Positions 1-8,899 of a DNA stretch of 54,073 nucleotides are shown one piece after another. The translations under genes were made by a program, and so were the position numbers. Source of the stretch: a virus (taxonomy: Duplodnaviria; Caudoviricetes); the IMG/VR virus record IMGVR_UViG_3300036900_000217, positions 1 through 54,073 of that record; one strand, 5' to 3'. Under the pieces are notes generated by a model. The model made no database searches. It had not been told where the DNA came from and saw nothing but the letters and a program-made list of their open reading frames with translations. The stretch's first letter is position 1. Every line of letters starts with the position of its first letter.

Positions 1-127
1 CAAGTACGAGCCGCCGTTTCACAGCGCCACGCTCCGCCGCATCGCGTTTCAAGCCGCCGCCCAGGTCGAATCACAGTGGCAACGAGTCAAGCACGTTCTC
101 GCTGGCGAGTCTGTCGGCCTCCCCTCT
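1..127. repeat. Terminal direct repeat copy 1 (127 bp; circular-assembly overlap)
   Basis: Bases 1-127 are identical to 53947-54073. The length equals a common assembler k-mer, and the ORF from 53654 reads through the junction to a TGA at 140-142. Confidence 0.95.
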
Positions 128-143
128 ACTGAGCCTGAGTGAA

Positions 144-545
144 ATGGGCACGAAAGTCGTCATCAACAAATGTTTCGGCGGATTTGGCCTGAGCAACGAG
201 GCCGAGCGGCGGTTGATCGGTTGCGGCCATATCAAGCTGATGGAGCCGAAGGAGTACTACGACGCGCGGCCCGATTGGGAACAGCGCTTTGCAGAGGACC
301 AAGAGCGCGATAGTTGGCTATTGAGCATCAACGTCGTGGATGGCAAGATCGTCATCGATGAGCACAGCCGCGACGAATCCCGCGCCTGCCCGCGCCTCGT
401 GGCTGTCGTCGAGGAGTTGGGCGCCGCGGCGAGCAGTTGGGCGGCGAAGTTAGCGGTCGTCGAAGTCCCGGATGGCGTCGAGTGGAGCATCCACTATTAC
501 GACGGTCTAGAGCACGTCGAGGAGGTGCACCGCACATGGGGATGA
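144..545 (+). CDS. Conserved phage hypothetical protein
   Basis: Motifs KVVINKCFGGFGLS, LVAVVEELG and YDGLEHVEEVHRTW resemble a common small phage family. Tightly packed with neighbours. Confidence 0.75.
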   Translation: MGTKVVINKCFGGFGLSNEAERRLIGCGHIKLMEPKEYYDARPDWEQRFAEDQERDSWLLSINVVDGKIVIDEHSRDESRACPRLVAVVEELGAAASSWAAKLAVVEVPDGVEWSIHYYDGLEHVEEVHRTWG

Positions 546-1030
546 CGTCTCCAGTCTCGTCCCCCGACACGCTCTCGGCTGAGATGATCGCGGAAGTTCG
601 CGAGTACGCACGAATCCACGCGCCAGAGAAGCGCAAGGGTTGGTTCTACGGCGTCTGCATACAACTCTGCGATTCCCACGAACGACTTCGCGCGCTCTCG
701 TCTGAGAGACCGACACTGAGTCAGGCCGACGCGCTGGTCCTCATCACGGCAGAACGCGATCGGCAGGTGTCGGCGGAAGGATGGTCACAGGAGCACGACG
801 ACGCGCATGACTACGGCGAGTTGGCACGCGCGGCAGCCATGTACGCGACACCCAAAGCATTCCGGCCAGACAGGACACACGCGGGCGTCCCATTCGGATG
901 GCCGTGGGACGCGAAGTTCTGGAAGCCAACGCCTGACGATCGCATTCGCGAACTGGTGAAAGCTGGCGCGTTGATCGTCGCTGAAATCGAGCGGTTACGT
1001 CGCGCTGCGCTCTTGGGAGAGAAGCCATGA
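542..1030 (+). CDS. Phage hypothetical protein (ERxRQ..EGW..EHDDxH..GELARAAxxYA..WPW..WKP family)
   Basis: ATG at 542 overlaps the upstream stop. C-terminal motif ERDRQVSAEGWSQEHDDAHDYGELARAAAMYA...WPWDAKFWKP...ELVKAGALIVAEIERL is typical of prophage accessory genes. Confidence 0.75.
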   Translation: MTSPVSSPDTLSAEMIAEVREYARIHAPEKRKGWFYGVCIQLCDSHERLRALSSERPTLSQADALVLITAERDRQVSAEGWSQEHDDAHDYGELARAAAMYATPKAFRPDRTHAGVPFGWPWDAKFWKPTPDDRIRELVKAGALIVAEIERLRRAALLGEKP

Positions 1031-1551
1031 GCTACCGCGTTGGCGACCGCGTACAGGTAGACGGTGAAGGTGAAGGAACCGTGATTGACGTTCACTCGCC
1101 CGAAGGACTGGACATTCGCTTCGACCGCGACGGCATCGTCCAGGGATGGCACGTCGCGAGCGTGCGGCGCGTCCCTACACCAGACGGCGAGACGGCGCTG
1201 GATCGCATCGACGCAATTCTACGCACCAATCATGAGATGTGGACGGACGAGGAGTTCGCGAAGTATCCGGGAAGATTTCGTCTCGCGGACATCGAACAGT
1301 TGCGCTCCGACCTCGCCACCGCGAGAGCAGAGAGACCGACCGCGCAGGAGGCAGACAAGATGCTCAGCAGATACGCGGCGTGCATCGACAAGGTGGGCGA
1401 ACTGACGCGCCTTCCCGAGATGTCGAGCGCGCAACGTGACCACCTATTCGCCGTGCATGCGATGGAGATGGAAGCCCGCGCCGACTTGCGAAAAGCGTTG
1501 TTGGGCGCTTCCCCGGAGCCAATCCGACCCGCAGGAGAGGAGAACGCATGA
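1027..1551 (+). CDS. Hypothetical protein with N-terminal SH3/KOW-like domain
   Basis: ATGA overlap and GGAGA RBS. YRVGDRVQVDGEGEGTVIDV pattern. Confidence 0.65.
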   Translation: MSYRVGDRVQVDGEGEGTVIDVHSPEGLDIRFDRDGIVQGWHVASVRRVPTPDGETALDRIDAILRTNHEMWTDEEFAKYPGRFRLADIEQLRSDLATARAERPTAQEADKMLSRYAACIDKVGELTRLPEMSSAQRDHLFAVHAMEMEARADLRKALLGASPEPIRPAGEENA

Positions 1552-2018
1552 GCGACTTTCAGTGTCGGGTCTGCGGTTACCGGTGGACCGACTCGTGGAA
1601 CTATAGCGCGTGCCCAAATCGGCGCGCTCATCCGAAGTCTGTCATATCTCGTATGACGGTGCTCGAAACGCCAGCCGGACCGATCCCTCCCGCCAGGACC
1701 CCCGCGTATCAAGATGCTAGCGCGCTCCTGCGAATCATCGACGAGGCGGCTAGCAGTCAGCTTCCTGCGTGGGTTCGTGCTCGGGTTGACGCTCACTACG
1801 GCCGCTGCTCGCGTTGTCGTCGCCCGATTCGCGATTTTGTGCCGCCCTCTGGCTCCATGACGGCTGGCTATTACGTCGCCAGCGCGTGGGAGAAATACGC
1901 GAATCGTGAATGGGAAGTATTCATCTGCGATGCCTGCATGTGGGCGGACCCGCGCTACATCGCTGACTATGGCCCCGCCGTCGCCCCGGCAGGTTCGGAG
2001 ACCGACCCCAATGGGTAA
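1548..2018 (+). CDS. Cys-rich (zinc-finger-like) hypothetical protein
   Basis: CRVC, CSRC and CDAC pairs. ATGA overlap and GAGGAG RBS. Confidence 0.65.
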   Translation: MSDFQCRVCGYRWTDSWNYSACPNRRAHPKSVISRMTVLETPAGPIPPARTPAYQDASALLRIIDEAASSQLPAWVRARVDAHYGRCSRCRRPIRDFVPPSGSMTAGYYVASAWEKYANREWEVFICDACMWADPRYIADYGPAVAPAGSETDPNG

Positions 2019-2169
2019 ACTGACGCGCCCGGAGGTCGTGGCGATGTGGGTCTGGCACGAGGAATACGCGCGCTCTGGTCTCGGTGCCATCGAGTTCTTC
2101 AAGCGGCTCGACCCGTCGCGCGTGCGAGTGGTCGCGGATTTTATCAAGCAATACGAGGCGGCCCGATGA
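2011..2169 (+). CDS. Small hypothetical protein
   Basis: GGAG RBS before ATG 2011. Fills the gap between flanking genes. Confidence 0.55.
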   Translation: MGKLTRPEVVAMWVWHEEYARSGLGAIEFFKRLDPSRVRVVADFIKQYEAAR

Positions 2170-2555
2170 GCGACCGCCCCCATTCAGGAGACGCCGGGAC
2201 GCCGCGACCGATTCTGTTCTATGACTGTTCGCCTGATCGTGAGCAGTTGGTGGCAACGTCGATCGATGAAGCCGTCGAGAATTGGGGCGACGCGTACGAA
2301 GGCGACCTGCCCGAGACTGTGACGGTGCATGCGTTCGCGGCGATGGAACTACCATCGGCGAAGAACATTGCCGAGATGGTCGAGGAGCACGTCCTGATGT
2401 GGCTTGACGAGGAGCTTAGCGACCCCGATGGCCGCTACGAGCAGGCAGAGCACGCCGCCATTACCGCCGCCGCGCTGCGTTTTGCCGCCGAGGCCGCGTA
2501 CATCTGCCAAGCGTCTCGCCGCCGCCGCGCCTTCTACGGGAGCCCCAGACCATGA
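2166..2555 (+). CDS. Acidic hypothetical protein
   Basis: ATGA overlaps at both ends and GAGG RBS. Confidence 0.6.
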   Translation: MSDRPHSGDAGTPRPILFYDCSPDREQLVATSIDEAVENWGDAYEGDLPETVTVHAFAAMELPSAKNIAEMVEEHVLMWLDEELSDPDGRYEQAEHAAITAAALRFAAEAAYICQASRRRRAFYGSPRP

Positions 2556-3067
2556 GTGAGCGCTGGTTCCCGTCGCATCGCGTTGACGCGAGAGCTCTGC
2601 CGCTCGCAGATCGCCACTACAACCGGCGCAAGATTGGCTCGCCGCAGTTCGTTCCGCCCGGTCGCTGCGCTGTGATGCTCACGCGCGACGCGGACGCCCT
2701 ATGGGTGACAAGCTGGCCCTTCGCTCAGTACGTCCGTCATGCATGGCCAGGGGCGTGGGTCAACTCTCTCTTTCGCAACGAGTCATCCGAGGTCGCGAGC
2801 GATTTGATTCTGGAAGCTGTGGCGCGAACACGCGGCATCTTCGGTGAACCGCCGCCGCTCGGCATGGTGAGTTTCGTCGATTCGCGCGAAGTGCCGGGTG
2901 TGAAGCGTCGCGGGGCCATGATCTTCGGCTACTGCTATTTGCGCGCCGGATTTCGACACGTCGGCTACACGAAAGGCGGCCTGTGGGCGTGGCAACTCGC
3001 CCCCGCCGACATGCCTCCTGCCATAGCGCCGTTCGGTCAACTCGAACTGCTGGCGGAGGTTGCATGA
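2552..3067 (+). CDS. Putative Mom-like/GNAT-fold DNA modification protein
   Basis: ADRHY near the N-terminus, then SDLILEAV, MVSFVD and GYCYLRAGFRHVGYT, which resembles the GNAT/Mom C-terminal motif GxxYxAxGW/F. Confidence 0.5.
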   Translation: MSERWFPSHRVDARALPLADRHYNRRKIGSPQFVPPGRCAVMLTRDADALWVTSWPFAQYVRHAWPGAWVNSLFRNESSEVASDLILEAVARTRGIFGEPPPLGMVSFVDSREVPGVKRRGAMIFGYCYLRAGFRHVGYTKGGLWAWQLAPADMPPAIAPFGQLELLAEVA

Positions 3068-3288
3068 GCGAAAACTCGTCCGCTCGGGTCTCGTTCCAGA
3101 TAGGAGACCGAGCCGTGTTCCACAGCCGAAGCGACTGGACATCAAGATCGGGCGGGATCTGCACGATCGCTCGCGTCGATGACGACGGCTGGCTTCTTAT
3201 CCAGTTCGCTGACGGCATGCAGATCGGCGCCGACGCCCGCGAGTTACGTCCTCTGGCTGCGTCCCCGGAGACCCAGACCGATGGCTGA
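3064..3288 (+). CDS. Small SH3/KOW-like hypothetical protein
   Basis: GGAGG RBS. FQIGDRAVF...IQFADG...REL pattern. Confidence 0.55.
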   Translation: MSENSSARVSFQIGDRAVFHSRSDWTSRSGGICTIARVDDDGWLLIQFADGMQIGADARELRPLAASPETQTDG

Positions 3289-3526
3289 GCACTCAGCGCC
3301 AGCACTCGCCGTCGGCATGCGATGCGTGTTCACGCGCAACATGCACTACCCGCCACTTTCGCGGCCGACGTGCGACGGCGAGGAATGCGTTATCACCGAC
3401 TACGGCATCAATTCGTCGCTCTGGGTGCAATGGGGCGACGGCCGGCAATCGCCCGTGCTGCCGTCCGAGTTAACTCCCATATCCGACAGCGAGTTGCGTG
3501 CTGTCTCGTCTCCGGAGACCCCGTGA
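3281..3526 (+). CDS. Small SH3-like hypothetical protein
   Basis: LAVGMRCVF...VQWGDG...SELTP pattern with RBS GGAG. Confidence 0.55.
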   Translation: MAEHSAPALAVGMRCVFTRNMHYPPLSRPTCDGEECVITDYGINSSLWVQWGDGRQSPVLPSELTPISDSELRAVSSPETP

Positions 3527-6306
3527 GCCGGCTGACGATCTCCCCGGACTTGTCGCTCCCGACCGAGGCCGTGACCGAGGCGATCGGTTTCCTCGGCCGC
3601 CGCGGCTCGGGGAAGTCGTACGCCGCGCAGAAACTCGCCGAAGAATTCCACCGCGCGCGCGCGCAATTCGTCGTGCTGGACCCCGTCGGCAACTGGTGGG
3701 CGCTTCGCCTTGCCGCGGACGGCAAGGACGCCGGCATTCCGATTCCGGTCTTCGGCGGGCTCCAGGGCGACGTCCCGCTCGAGCCGACGGCGGGGAAGCT
3801 CGTCGCCGACACGATCGTGGACCGGGGCATCTCAGGCGTGATCGACGTCTCCCAGTTCGAGTCCGACGCCGACAAGTCACGGTTCGCCCGGGCGTTCTGT
3901 GAGCGGTTCTACTTCCGCAAGAAGTCCGCGCCGTCCGCGGTGCACGTCTTCCTCGAGGAGTGCCTGACTCCCGACACAGAGATTCTCACCCCGGGCGGCT
4001 GGCAGCGCATTGATCTTCTCTCCGCCGGCCAACAGGTCGTTGCGTACGATCCGACGTCTGGACGGTACGCGAACGAGGCTATCTCGCGCGTAATCGAGAA
4101 GCCGTTCAAAGGCGATCTCGTTCACCTGAAAACAACCTCCATCGATTGCCTCGCGACGCCTGGTCATCGCGCCGTGATGCGGAGGTTTCAGCACGACCCG
4201 AAACGATACAAGCTCTATCCGTGGACTTTCTGCGAAGCGTCAAAGCTCCCTCGCGACTTTCAGATTCCGAGCGGCGAAGCGCCGTACGGCGAAGGCGTTG
4301 ACGTTCCCGACGATCTCCTTCGTACGATTGGCTGGGTGATCACCGATGGCTATTTCAACGACCGGACCCGCGGGTATATCGGTATCCAGCAATCGTCGTC
4401 GACGGTGAAGATGGGCCAACCGGTCGTGGAGACGATGCGGACCGTTCTTGCGCGCCTCGGTTGCGTCGGGGACTACGCGCGAGCGGCGCGCGTCACGTCG
4501 GCTCCTCAGGGACCTGTACGGGGAGTGGAATCTTCGCAGTTTTACCTCGGAGCGAGACTCTCCCGTGCACTTCGCGCACTTCTCGGCGACGAGATTCATC
4601 GCATTCCACGTCAGCTTCTACGGGACTGCACGCGCCGCCAGCTCGAGGTGCTGTACCTCGGCCTCCTTGAGGGCGATGGCACTGCGAAGGCGGGGCGCTG
4701 GTCTCGGTTCTACGCCGGCCTGAGCGAGGGACTCGCCGACGATTTTCAGGAGATCGCGACCAGGCTCGGCGTCCGGACCGTCAAGAAGCTCGTTCCGCAG
4801 AATGGGCAGTGGGTCGTGATGATATCGGAGACTCGCGACCATTGGGTTCGGAATCGCCGCACCTCCGTGGCGTATAGCGGGAACGTCTACTGTGTTACGG
4901 TTCCATCCGGAGCGTTCGTCGCGCGACGCAATGGAACGGTGTTCGTTACCGGGAACTGCCAGGAGTTTGTCCCGCAGAACCCCGGGAAGGACGAGCCGTT
5001 GATGCTCCACGCGTTCACGCGCCTCGCCAAGCTCGGGCGCAACTTCGGGATCGGCATTTCGATGATCTCGCAGCGCCCGCAAGAGGTGAACAAAAAGGTC
5101 CTCAACCTGGCCGAGCTGCTCTTCGTCTTCCAGCTCACCGGCGTGCACGAACGGAAAGCGGTCGAGGCGTGGATCGGTGACAAGGGGATTGACGGCGAGG
5201 ACATCGAAGCGGAGCTGCCGAAGCTCGAACGCGGCCATCCGCACGCGTGGTCGCCGGCGTGGCTCAAGGTCAGCAAGATCATCAGCATCGGACCGAAGTG
5301 GACCTTCGACGCGTCGAGCACGCCGAAACTCGGCGCTCAGGCGTCGCCCGTGCGCGAGTTGTCGCCGATCGATCTCGAGCAGCTCCGCGCGAACATGGCG
5401 ACGGCGATCGAGAAGGCGAAGGCGGACGACCCGAAGGAGCTACGCAAAGAGATCGCGACGCTGCGCACGCAGTTGACGAAGGCGCAACAGACCGCGCGCG
5501 TCGTCGAGAAGACGGTTGTCGACGAGCGGGCGATCAAGCGAGCGGCGGAGGCCGCGGCCTCCGCGATCCTCGTCGACGTCAACCCTCGCCTCGCACACAT
5601 ACGGCGCGCGGTCGCCGGTGTCGCGCGCGCCGCGAAGCCGCTCGTCGAGTCCCTCGCCGCGCTCGAGGGGATCAATCTCGAAGCGATCGCGGCGCCGAAC
5701 GGCAACGGCCACATCCCGCGAACAGAATCTGTCACATCGAACAAAACGCCCCTTCTGTCGCCGGCGAGGGTTACACCGCGTGCAGTCTCGCGCGCGGCGG
5801 CAGTGCAGGCGGAAGGCGTGTCGAAGGCGATGCAGCGGATTCTCGACGGCCTGGCGCTGTTCGAGACGCTCGGCATCTCGCCCGTGAAGCGGGTCAACGC
5901 TGCGTTCATGGCCGGCTACACCGAGAATGGCCACTTCAACAACATGGTCGGCACGCTGCGCACGAGCGGTTACCTCAACTACCCGGGCGACGGCACGATC
6001 GAGCTCACCGACGAAGGCCGAGCAATCGCCGACGCGAGCCGGAACGCGGTCAGCTCGCTTGATGATCTGCACGCCCTGTGGCTCTCGAAGGTCTCCGCGT
6101 CGGAGGGCAAGCTGCTCCGCGTCGTGATCGACCGAGGGCTCGGCAACCCCATCAGCCGGGCCGACCTTGCCGCCGAAACCGGCTACACGGAGAACGGGCA
6201 TTTCAACAACATGGTCGGACACCTTCGATCGCTCGGCGCCTTCGCGTATCCCGGCGACGGGTCGGTCGTCGCGACGGATGTGCTGTTCCCCGAGGGCCTC
6301 GACTGA
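3523..6306 (+). CDS. HerA/FtsK-superfamily (DUF87-like) ATPase with intein, coiled coil and tandem C-terminal winged-helix-like repeats
   Basis: GTG 3523 overlaps the upstream stop. Walker A GRRGSGKS. Walker B VHVFLEE|CQEFVPQ is split by the intein. GRNFGI arginine finger and SQRP motif. Two GYTENGHFNNMVG repeats near the C-terminus. Confidence 0.85.
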   Translation: MSRLTISPDLSLPTEAVTEAIGFLGRRGSGKSYAAQKLAEEFHRARAQFVVLDPVGNWWALRLAADGKDAGIPIPVFGGLQGDVPLEPTAGKLVADTIVDRGISGVIDVSQFESDADKSRFARAFCERFYFRKKSAPSAVHVFLEECLTPDTEILTPGGWQRIDLLSAGQQVVAYDPTSGRYANEAISRVIEKPFKGDLVHLKTTSIDCLATPGHRAVMRRFQHDPKRYKLYPWTFCEASKLPRDFQIPSGEAPYGEGVDVPDDLLRTIGWVITDGYFNDRTRGYIGIQQSSSTVKMGQPVVETMRTVLARLGCVGDYARAARVTSAPQGPVRGVESSQFYLGARLSRALRALLGDEIHRIPRQLLRDCTRRQLEVLYLGLLEGDGTAKAGRWSRFYAGLSEGLADDFQEIATRLGVRTVKKLVPQNGQWVVMISETRDHWVRNRRTSVAYSGNVYCVTVPSGAFVARRNGTVFVTGNCQEFVPQNPGKDEPLMLHAFTRLAKLGRNFGIGISMISQRPQEVNKKVLNLAELLFVFQLTGVHERKAVEAWIGDKGIDGEDIEAELPKLERGHPHAWSPAWLKVSKIISIGPKWTFDASSTPKLGAQASPVRELSPIDLEQLRANMATAIEKAKADDPKELRKEIATLRTQLTKAQQTARVVEKTVVDERAIKRAAEAAASAILVDVNPRLAHIRRAVAGVARAAKPLVESLAALEGINLEAIAAPNGNGHIPRTESVTSNKTPLLSPARVTPRAVSRAAAVQAEGVSKAMQRILDGLALFETLGISPVKRVNAAFMAGYTENGHFNNMVGTLRTSGYLNYPGDGTIELTDEGRAIADASRNAVSSLDDLHALWLSKVSASEGKLLRVVIDRGLGNPISRADLAAETGYTENGHFNNMVGHLRSLGAFAYPGDGSVVATDVLFPEGLD
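3961..4956 (+). mobile_element. Intein (332 aa) with LAGLIDADG homing endonuclease
   Basis: Starts CLTPDTEILTPGGW. Block B ATPGHR. LAGLIDADG-like motifs IGWVITDG and LGLLEGDG. Ends VYCVTVPSGAFVARRNGTVFVTGN, followed by +1 Cys. Confidence 0.92.
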
Positions 6307-6635
6307 TGCCAGCCACGAGCGAGCAAGTCGAGGTGTGGCGCGGCATCGAGGCGGCGGCGCGGAAACAGGTCCAGGCCGAGCTGCGGCGCGAGGATGCCGT
6401 CCCGCTGGCGGCTGGTCGCCTCGTGGCGTGGGTAAACTGCCACTACCGGCGGACCGATGGCCTCTCGGTCGTCCATCGCGTGGGCGAGCCGCTACAGGGC
6501 GCATCGCTGACGCTCTGTGGCGAGATTGTGCCGCCGGCCATCCGTCGCGTCGCGCTGACCGAGGGCCTTGTCAGGTCTCTCGGCCGCTGCCCGAACTGTG
6601 AGGACGTCTACGCTCGAAAAGGGGCGGCAGCATGA
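6306..6635 (+). CDS. Hypothetical zinc-binding protein
   Basis: TGATG overlap. H...TLCG...CPNC motif. Confidence 0.6.
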   Translation: MPATSEQVEVWRGIEAAARKQVQAELRREDAVPLAAGRLVAWVNCHYRRTDGLSVVHRVGEPLQGASLTLCGEIVPPAIRRVALTEGLVRSLGRCPNCEDVYARKGAAA

Positions 6636-6843
6636 GCCGAGTTGCGACAGTGTTCTCTAATTCAGGTGTCGCGAGAGTTGCATCGCTACATCTTATATGC
6701 ACTTACGTGATGACACCTCGGTGGCGGCATGTTGGTGTCGCGCCGTCATCGGCGCAGCATCGCGCGAGTCGTGTCCGGTTCAGTCCGCGATTTAGGACGG
6801 ATAACTCCCGACGTCGGATACCGACTGGCTGTATGGCGGCGCC

Positions 6844-7029
6844 GTGCTGATCGACCGGCCGAATCTCCTCCCGTCCCGCGGTAGCTACCCGCGCCAGCTC
6901 GAGCACATCGCGACCATTCTCGGCCGTGTGCTCGCCCGAATCTCCCACCCCACGACCCCGCCGTCGTCGTCCGAGGACGAGGCAAGGCGGCGTCGGATTC
7001 TCGCGCGCGCAACGAGGCGCCGCCCATGA
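6844..7029 (+). CDS. Small basic hypothetical protein
   Basis: GTG start. Stop overlaps the ATG of the replication initiator. Confidence 0.4.
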   Translation: MLIDRPNLLPSRGSYPRQLEHIATILGRVLARISHPTTPPSSSEDEARRRRILARATRRRP

Positions 7030-7847
7030 CGCGCATCCGCACGATCAAGCCGGAATTCTGGGGCGACGAGAAGCTCGCCCCCCTCGCCTCGATCGACCGA
7101 TTGGTGTTCCTCGGCTTGATCAGCATGGCTGACGACGCGGGTCGCCTCGTCGACAACGTGAAGACGATCGACGGCTTCATTTTCCCAGAATCCAGCGAAA
7201 CCGCGCGCGACTCTCTGGAGATTCTCGCGAGACACGGCAGGGTCATCCGGTACGTTTCCGACAGCGGGCAGAAGATCATTCAGGTCGCTAACTGGTTGCG
7301 GCATCAGAAGGTAGACAAGCCTTCGAAGTACGTTCTTCCAGGCCCATCATCGACGGGTTCGCGGAATGGTAGCGAGACGCCAGCGGGAGACTCGCGCAAT
7401 TCTATAGAGAGTGTCGCGGGAGTCTCGCAGAAGTCTCGCGCTCCGACCTTGGACCTACGACCTACTACCAACGACCAACGACCGTCTTCTCGCCGCAAAC
7501 CGCGCGGCGAGGATTCGGCCGGGGCGATTGACCAGCCCGCGGAGCATGCCCCGCCGCGCGAGTCCTGGCTCACACCGACGTGCGCCGCGTGGGAGTCGAA
7601 GTACGGCCCCGGATCGTTCGCCGGGGTCGCTGGTCAAGCCGCCAAAGCACTGGCGCCGCTGCGCAAGGCCGGTCACACAGACTCCGAACTCGGCGAGCAT
7701 CTCGAGGTCTACCTCGACCGCACCGAGCCGCGGTTCGTCTCGCTCGCGCGCTTTGCGCAGACCTTCGGCGAGTGGATTCAGCATCCCCTCGTCGACGAGC
7801 ACGGGTTCCTGAACGAACGCGGCCTCGCCGCGATGAGGTCCGAATGA
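7026..7847 (+). CDS. Phage replication initiator / replisome organizer
   Basis: N-terminal MTRIRTIKPEFWGDEKL...LISMADDAGRL...NWLRHQK is typical of phage replication initiators. Lies directly upstream of the helicase. Confidence 0.8.
   Translation: MTRIRTIKPEFWGDEKLAPLASIDRLVFLGLISMADDAGRLVDNVKTIDGFIFPESSETARDSLEILARHGRVIRYVSDSGQKIIQVANWLRHQKVDKPSKYVLPGPSSTGSRNGSETPAGDSRNSIESVAGVSQKSRAPTLDLRPTTNDQRPSSRRKPRGEDSAGAIDQPAEHAPPRESWLTPTCAAWESKYGPGSFAGVAGQAAKALAPLRKAGHTDSELGEHLEVYLDRTEPRFVSLARFAQTFGEWIQHPLVDEHGFLNERGLAAMRSE
7371..7483. repeat. Iteron-like short repeats within the initiator gene (candidate origin)
   Basis: Clustered GAGAC/AGTCTCGC/TCGCG motifs around a short AT-rich stretch (AATTCTATAGA), followed by GACC(T/A)AC tandem repeats. 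Confidence 0.35.
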
Positions 7848-8899
7848 CCGCACCGCTGAACCACTACGACCGCACCGGGCCGGTGCTCAGTCTCGACGAC
7901 GAGCGAGAGCGCCGGGCGCGCGCCGAGATGCCCGACGCCGACATGCTTGTCGAGGAGCAGCTCTCGGCCGCGACGGCGCGGATTCACGAGGACTCGACGT
8001 CGTACCCGAAGTACCCGTGGCGCGACCTTGCGTCGCTGGCCGGGCCGATGTGCCCCGGCGACCTCATCCTCGTCGCGGCGCGCACTGGCGGCGGGAAGTC
8101 GCTCTTCCTGCAGAACCTCTTCGACTCGCTGATTCGCTCAAACCTTCGCGGGCTGTACATCGGGCTCGAGCAGGGCCCCGAGGTGCTCCGCGTCAAGTGG
8201 GCGTGCATGGCGATGGACGTGCCGCCGAAGGTCGTGCTCGCCGCCGGCGACATTCGTGGCACGCCGGTCTGGCACGACGCGATGGGCAAGGTGCAGCGGC
8301 ATATCGCGTGGCAGAGAGACCCGTGGGTCCGTGAGCGCGCGCATTTCGCCACGACGCGCCGGATCAACGCCGCGGGCCTCAAGCGCTGGACCGATTGGGG
8401 CGTCGACCTCGGGTGCCAGTTCGTCGTCGTCGACCACGTCGATCGCATCGCGCACGGCGACGGGAAGAACTCGTTCCACGAGATGAGCGAGACCGTGCGG
8501 CTCGCGAAAGAACTCGCCGTGCAGAATCACATCGTGATGCTCGTCGCCTCGCAGATGGGTCGCCCCGCGGATGCCGCCGAGCAGTTCATGCCGCCCTCGC
8601 TGCACGCGCTCCGCGGCGGCGGAACGAAAGAGGAGGAGTCCGACACTGTCCTCGGCGTCTATCGCCCGCTCAAGCCGAGCGTCAGCGACAAGCAGCTCAA
8701 GCTCGTGCGCCAGGGCCTCGCGCTCCGCGACACGGTCGTCGAGCCGAACACGATGGCGGTCATGGTGCTCAAGCATCGACTCGAGGGCCCGGTCGCTGGC
8801 CAAGTGGCGAAGCTCTTCGTGCGCCACCAGCGCGTGCAGGAGATGCGCGAAGCCGATCGCTACTCGACACAATCCCGAGACGTCGGGAGGCAATTCTGA
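7844..8899 (+). CDS. DnaB-like replicative helicase (C-terminal ATPase domain only)
   Basis: AARTGGGKS Walker A, VVVDHV Walker B, VASQMGR and LRGGGTKEEESDTVLGVYR, LKHR. Confidence 0.88.
   Translation: MTAPLNHYDRTGPVLSLDDERERRARAEMPDADMLVEEQLSAATARIHEDSTSYPKYPWRDLASLAGPMCPGDLILVAARTGGGKSLFLQNLFDSLIRSNLRGLYIGLEQGPEVLRVKWACMAMDVPPKVVLAAGDIRGTPVWHDAMGKVQRHIAWQRDPWVRERAHFATTRRINAAGLKRWTDWGVDLGCQFVVVDHVDRIAHGDGKNSFHEMSETVRLAKELAVQNHIVMLVASQMGRPADAAEQFMPPSLHALRGGGTKEEESDTVLGVYRPLKPSVSDKQLKLVRQGLALRDTVVEPNTMAVMVLKHRLEGPVAGQVAKLFVRHQRVQEMREADRYSTQSRDVGRQF

Noticed and set aside
1-127. Biological direct terminal repeat
   Set aside because: It is exactly 127 bp, a common k-mer size, and falls mid-gene. 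The SPP1/PBSX-like terminase suggests headful packaging, so an assembly overlap is more likely.
3322-3522. N-terminal extension of the ATPase given in the ORF track
   Set aside because: It overlaps the 3281-3526 gene. GTG 3523 has an RBS and a GTGA overlap.
3523-6306. HerA-based defence system (Sir2-HerA, HerA-DUF4297)
   Set aside because: No effector or nuclease partner is adjacent, and the context is the phage early/replication operon.
6622-6635. Repeated GGCGGCAGCATGA (also near 53645)
   Set aside because: Ordinary SD plus start/stop coupling common in phage early operons.
6632-6850. 72-aa ORF or regulatory island upstream of the replication genes
   Set aside because: The ATGA overlap is suggestive, but codon usage is atypical, there are no motifs, and I found no properly spaced promoter. 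Left uncalled.
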